The notes under the pieces were generated by a model. That model was not told the origin of the DNA. It did no database searches and worked only from the letters and a program-made list of their open reading frames with translations. DNA of 20,419 nucleotides. It comes from a virus (taxonomy: Duplodnaviria > Heunggongvirae > Uroviricota > Caudoviricetes). Positions 17,296 to 20,419 of the stretch are shown piece after piece. The stretch lies in the IMG/VR virus record IMGVR_UViG_2565956729_000008, positions 1 to 20,419 of that record; one strand, given 5' to 3'. Position numbers and translations under genes: made by a program. Position 1 is the stretch's first letter. Each line of letters starts with the position of its first letter.

Positions 17296-17842
17296 CGGGG
17301 AAGCCATTCTGTTACGCAACATCATCGTCAGCGCCACCATGCAACTACCGGATAAAGATATGTCCGGACAGTCAACCAGCACCACCAGTGCCCAGCAGGG
17401 AAGCAAGGCTAAAGAGCTGCGTGTATCAGGCGTCATTGATTTTAATGATGAAGCTGTTCTGACCCGTATATTTCAGCTTGCAGAAGCCACAGAAAGCAAC
17501 GGGGCTAAAAAAACATACCGCATCGCCAACGCTACTGCTAAGGCGATTAATATGCGACAGGGTGTTTTTTCGGGCGGCATTGATGCCACGGAACAACAGG
17601 GCAAGATGCACTGGCAGGTCACCTTTACTCTCAGGGAAAAATTAAGCGTGCCGGAAAAAGCATCGGCACGCAGTGGCTCACAGAAAACAATCGCAAAGCA
17701 GCAAACACAGAACGGCAGTGAGCAGGCACCGGATAAAGGAATGAATACCCAGGAGACTTTCTGGAAAAATATCAATGATGGTATTGGCTCCGGGCTGGAC
17801 TGGATTGGCATCGGGAGCGTGAAAGAGGAAGGGAAAACATGA
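17267..17842 (+). CDS. Putative tail protein (GpU-like)
   Basis: 191 aa; alternative start at 17276 (MIVLALDGE). Loose pattern resemblance to P2 GpU. Directly precedes the hub/spike-like gene, as U precedes D in P2. Confidence 0.4.
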   Translation: MTQMIVLALDGEAILLRNIIVSATMQLPDKDMSGQSTSTTSAQQGSKAKELRVSGVIDFNDEAVLTRIFQLAEATESNGAKKTYRIANATAKAINMRQGVFSGGIDATEQQGKMHWQVTFTLREKLSVPEKASARSGSQKTIAKQQTQNGSEQAPDKGMNTQETFWKNINDGIGSGLDWIGIGSVKEEGKT

Positions 17843-19536
17843 AGTTAATCCAACGTTGCATGATTAATGGCGAGCTGGCGGAAATTGCCGATATCAGCCT
17901 TGTCCTTACCCTGAATGCTGCCGGTCGCGGCTTCATTTCTGTTAATAATCTGTCACCGGAAAAAAGCCTTGCCGGCGCAATGATACAAATTGATCTCGGC
18001 CGTAATGGTGAGGCATGGCGCTATTTCTCCGGCTACATTGAGCGCGATCAACCCGCCGAAAATGGCTCACGCCGCCTTTTTATCCGTGAAGCAGCTGCCG
18101 TGCTGGATTTTGATTTCCCCTGCTCCATGCAACATCCAACGTTACGGGATGTACTCGATAATCTGGGTAAACAAAGCGGCATCGTTTTCATCACGCCAGA
18201 TGCAGATTACGTCAGCACACCGACACCTTACATCACCCACAGCGGCAGCGGAGCACAACTGCTCAGCCAGCTGGGGCGAGCATTCAGTATCAGCGATTAC
18301 GTCTGGCATCCAATGCCGGACGGTTCCGTATTTGTGGGAAGTGCACCGGATTCACGGTTTGCCAGTATTACCATGCCGGATATTCCGCAGCAGTACACAC
18401 TCGGACAAAGCGGCGGAAACAGCATCGACATCATGTTTATGGAAACTGTGCGACCGGGCGTGAACCTTCCGGCCGGGCGCATTACCCGTGTAGCCCTCAA
18501 CAACGAGAAAATGACCCTGACATGGGAACGCCTTACCGCCACGGGTAGCCCTGTTTCCAAATCACCATTACGCAGACAGATGGAAACACAGTTCCCGGAA
18601 CTGGCCAGCGGCACTCTGCATACCCGACTGGCGCGCGTCATTGCCCCAACGGAATCCGTCACCCTGGGCGATATTGCCGACAGCTTCCGCCCACGCTACG
18701 CCGTCGATGTGCAACTGCTTGATGAGAACGGCAACGATAAAAGCGATACGCCTGTTTATCCGGCAGTACCACTCCCCGTCCCGATGGCTGGTAGCGAAGC
18801 GGGATGTTTTGCCTACCCGCCGGCAGGCACCATCGTGGAAATATCCAACATTGAAGGGCGACCGGATAAACCTGTCATCAGGCAAATCTTACCCGCGGGC
18901 CATAACCTGCCTGATGTAAAGCCCGGCGAACAGCTGCAGCAACAGCGCGCAGAGGTGTTTCAGCGCGTCACGACTGACGGAAGCTGGCACAGAGAAACTG
19001 ACCAGCAAATCAGGGAGCATTCAGCCAGGCGAACCATTAACAGCGATCAGGAAGAACGCACAACAACAACCAGAACAACAACAGTCCAAGCAAACGACAT
19101 AACCAGTGTTCTTGGTACCAGTAAGCTGATGACAGGCCAGACAGAACACCTTACTACCGGCAATTATGCGATCGCAGCCGGTGAGCATATCCAGATGGTA
19201 GCGCAGGATTTGCTGACTCAACTCAAAGGGGCGATATCCACCATTGAGCATGACCTCACCGAAAACGTGGGAGGCCGCAGAACATGCAGGGCGGACGGAG
19301 GTCTGGAGTTTACCGCCCCGACAGTATTTATTGGTCGCGGTGGCTCGCGGGAAAAATCCGGGCTTAACCTGCTGACATTGCTGATCGATATTCTGGACCT
19401 GGTTCAGTTGCTGGCCACACATACAGCAAACCACACCCATAGCAACACTGGCACGCCAATGAACAGCGGCGAACTTGCCGCAGATGCCCTGCAGGCAACG
19501 AGCCTGCGCGAAAAATACGGCGACATTATCGCCTGA
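17839..19536 (+). CDS. Putative baseplate hub / central spike protein (GpD/GpV-like)
   Basis: 565 aa, start overlapping the upstream stop (ATGA). Last gene before a strong terminator. C-terminal THTANHTHSNTGTP resembles the His-x-His apex motif of P2 GpV-type spikes. Its length suggests a fused hub-spike architecture. This is an inference. Confidence 0.45.
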   Translation: MKLIQRCMINGELAEIADISLVLTLNAAGRGFISVNNLSPEKSLAGAMIQIDLGRNGEAWRYFSGYIERDQPAENGSRRLFIREAAAVLDFDFPCSMQHPTLRDVLDNLGKQSGIVFITPDADYVSTPTPYITHSGSGAQLLSQLGRAFSISDYVWHPMPDGSVFVGSAPDSRFASITMPDIPQQYTLGQSGGNSIDIMFMETVRPGVNLPAGRITRVALNNEKMTLTWERLTATGSPVSKSPLRRQMETQFPELASGTLHTRLARVIAPTESVTLGDIADSFRPRYAVDVQLLDENGNDKSDTPVYPAVPLPVPMAGSEAGCFAYPPAGTIVEISNIEGRPDKPVIRQILPAGHNLPDVKPGEQLQQQRAEVFQRVTTDGSWHRETDQQIREHSARRTINSDQEERTTTTRTTTVQANDITSVLGTSKLMTGQTEHLTTGNYAIAAGEHIQMVAQDLLTQLKGAISTIEHDLTENVGGRRTCRADGGLEFTAPTVFIGRGGSREKSGLNLLTLLIDILDLVQLLATHTANHTHSNTGTPMNSGELAADALQATSLREKYGDIIA

Positions 19537-19575
19537 ACACCAGACATAAAAGCCACATAAACGCCCCATCACATA

Positions 19576-19600
19576 ACGCACGGTCCCGGCCGTGCGTTTT
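19576..19600 (+). terminator. Rho-independent terminator at the end of the late operon
   Basis: ACGCACGG-tcccgg-CCGTGCGT followed by TTTT: a GC-rich 8-bp stem, short loop and U-tract, 40 bp after the last tail gene stop. Confidence 0.7.
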
Positions 19601-19856
19601 CCTATCCACCACCTGATTAATGCGTTCTGCGTGCCATTCTGGTGCTGTATGCGCACACCGCGTAAACGGTGTGACGTAAAGCGTGAGGTGACGTAAACCG
19701 CGCTACCCCCTCCAACCCGCGGGTTTTGTGTTGAAACGCTTTTTCAGTTTTCTGGCGTGCAAAAATGACCGCCAGCCAGCGCAGTAACTGGGGGGAAAGC
19801 GAAGTTCTGAAATTTCACACTTTGAAATTTTTTGCAATTTTAAGAGAGATTTTTTC

Positions 19857-20067
19857 GATCGCATAAATGGCAGGAGAAACAAAACAGACTGATATTAAAA
19901 GAGTTTTCATACTTTACGCGAGACAAAAAACGATCACGAAAGGATCGCATCAAACAACCATCAGACAAAGAAGCCAGACACGGCGCGGCCTGCACAAAAT
20001 TAACGGGTAAAATAAAACTGAAAAAAGGATCACAACAGGGCGACGATCGCATCATAAAGATCGGCAT
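19857..20067. repeat. GATC-containing direct repeats in an A-rich non-coding region
   Basis: Four copies of GATCG(G)CAT-AAA: GATCGCATAAA at 19857, GATCGCATCAAA at 19943, GATCGCATCATAAA at 20045 and GATCGGCATAAAA at 20059. Seven GATC sites fall within 19857-20116. Confidence 0.4.
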
Positions 20068-20096
20068 AAAAGGTTCAACTGGATAAGGTTATGCAA

Positions 20097-20126
20097 TTGA
20101 AACAGAAGAGATGATCAGGCTAGAAT
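20097..20126 (+). promoter_or_regulatory. Candidate sigma70 promoter for the hok-like transcript
   Basis: TTGAAA (20097-20102), 18-bp spacer, TAGAAT (20121-20126). A GATC lies in the spacer. Predicted start site is about 145 nt upstream of the hok-like ATG, consistent with the long structured leaders of hok-family mRNAs. Confidence 0.3.
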
Positions 20127-20258
20127 CGCTGCGGGTGCCTTTCGGCTGATGGTCGGAGGGTAAGCCCGAAGGCCGGATGTGGAAAGGCCCCGGAAAACAT
20201 TTTCTGTTTAACCGAGGCCCTATCCCGTCTACCTAGCAAGTGACAGGTTAGCGCCTCC

Positions 20259-20372
20259 ATGAAAAAGGAGCAAGCGCTATGTCGCAAAAATCGCTTACGG
20301 CCATCACGTTCTGCGCGACGGTCATCCTTATCATCTGGATGTTGCACGGTTCGCTGTGTGAAATACGGATGA
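20259..20372 (+). CDS. Possible mok-like overlapping reading frame
   Basis: ATG at 20259 opens a 37-codon frame that overlaps the hok-like ORF in another frame and ends at TGA 20370-20372. Arrangement is reminiscent of mok/hok translational coupling. It is shorter than canonical mok. Confidence 0.25.
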   Translation: MKKEQALCRKNRLRPSRSARRSSLSSGCCTVRCVKYG

Positions 20373-20419
20373 GCTTCTGGGGTGCGGAGTTTGCGGCGTT
20401 CTTACAATGTAAACAGTAA
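20279..20419 (+). CDS. hok: Hok/Gef-family type I toxin (small membrane protein)
   Basis: 46-aa ORF, MSQKSLTAITFCATVILIIWMLHGSLCEIRMSFWGAEFAAFLQCKQ. Hydrophobic transmembrane N-terminus with C-A-T-V-I, then SLCEIR identical to the plasmid R1 Hok core, and an EVAAF-like EFAAF. GGAG ribosome-binding site 8 nt upstream. Absent from the ORF track because of its size. Confidence 0.8.
   Translation: MSQKSLTAITFCATVILIIWMLHGSLCEIRMSFWGAEFAAFLQCKQ

Noticed and set aside
19021-19656. 211-aa minus-strand Cys-rich ORF
   Set aside because: Antisense to the 3' end of the hub/spike gene and running through the plus-strand terminator. The cysteine run is the complement of a Thr-rich coding stretch.
19714-19727. 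Palindrome AACCCGCGGGTT followed by TT
   Set aside because: Too short and loop-less to form a stable hairpin, and it lies only about 115 bp after a much better terminator. Probably incidental.
19765-19866. 33-aa plus-strand ORF in the intergenic region
   Set aside because: No ribosome-binding site, no recognisable motif, and low-complexity composition. Likely non-coding.
19840-20347. Two 75-aa minus-strand ORFs (19840-20067 and 20120-20347) in the terminal region
   Set aside because: The first lies in an A-rich repeat region with no ribosome-binding site, and its Phe/Ser/Leu-rich product reflects T-richness of the opposite strand. The second is antisense to the hok-like ORF and its leader. 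Neither has family features.
1-20419. CRISPR arrays, tRNA genes, integrase, transposase, IS elements, reverse transcriptase or diversity-generating retroelement repeats
   Set aside because: I looked for regularly spaced repeats, tRNA-like T-arm sequences, and large ORFs with recombinase, reverse-transcriptase or nuclease motifs on both strands, and found none. No template/variable repeat pair was seen near either fiber gene.

Overview
The window is almost entirely the late (morphogenesis) region of a P2-like temperate myovirus prophage, all on the + strand, followed by a short non-coding region and a Hok/Gef-type toxin gene. Bases 1-3240 encode a P2-type head module (scaffold GpO, major capsid GpN, terminase small subunit GpM, head completion GpL). 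Bases 3250-19536 encode a contractile-tail module whose order differs from P2: R/S-like completion proteins, sheath, tube, an embedded lysis cassette (Y-like holin, small peptide, M15 peptidase endolysin), a tail chaperone with a -1 frameshift, tape measure, baseplate proteins, a P2 GpH-like tail fiber with its assembly chaperone, a second 842-aa fiber-like protein sharing the N-terminal domain of the first, an orphan ORF, a U-like protein and a 565-aa hub/spike-like protein. A clean intrinsic terminator at 19576-19600 closes the operon. The last ~800 bp hold an A-rich, GATC-dense repeat region and a 46-aa Hok/Gef-family ORF that the ORF track missed. I found no CRISPR array, tRNA, integrase, transposase or recognisable defence enzyme. 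The best candidates for something undescribed are the second fiber plus its orphan partner (14020-17295) and the repeat region at 19650-20120. All homology statements are from recall and by-eye motif comparison, not from a search.
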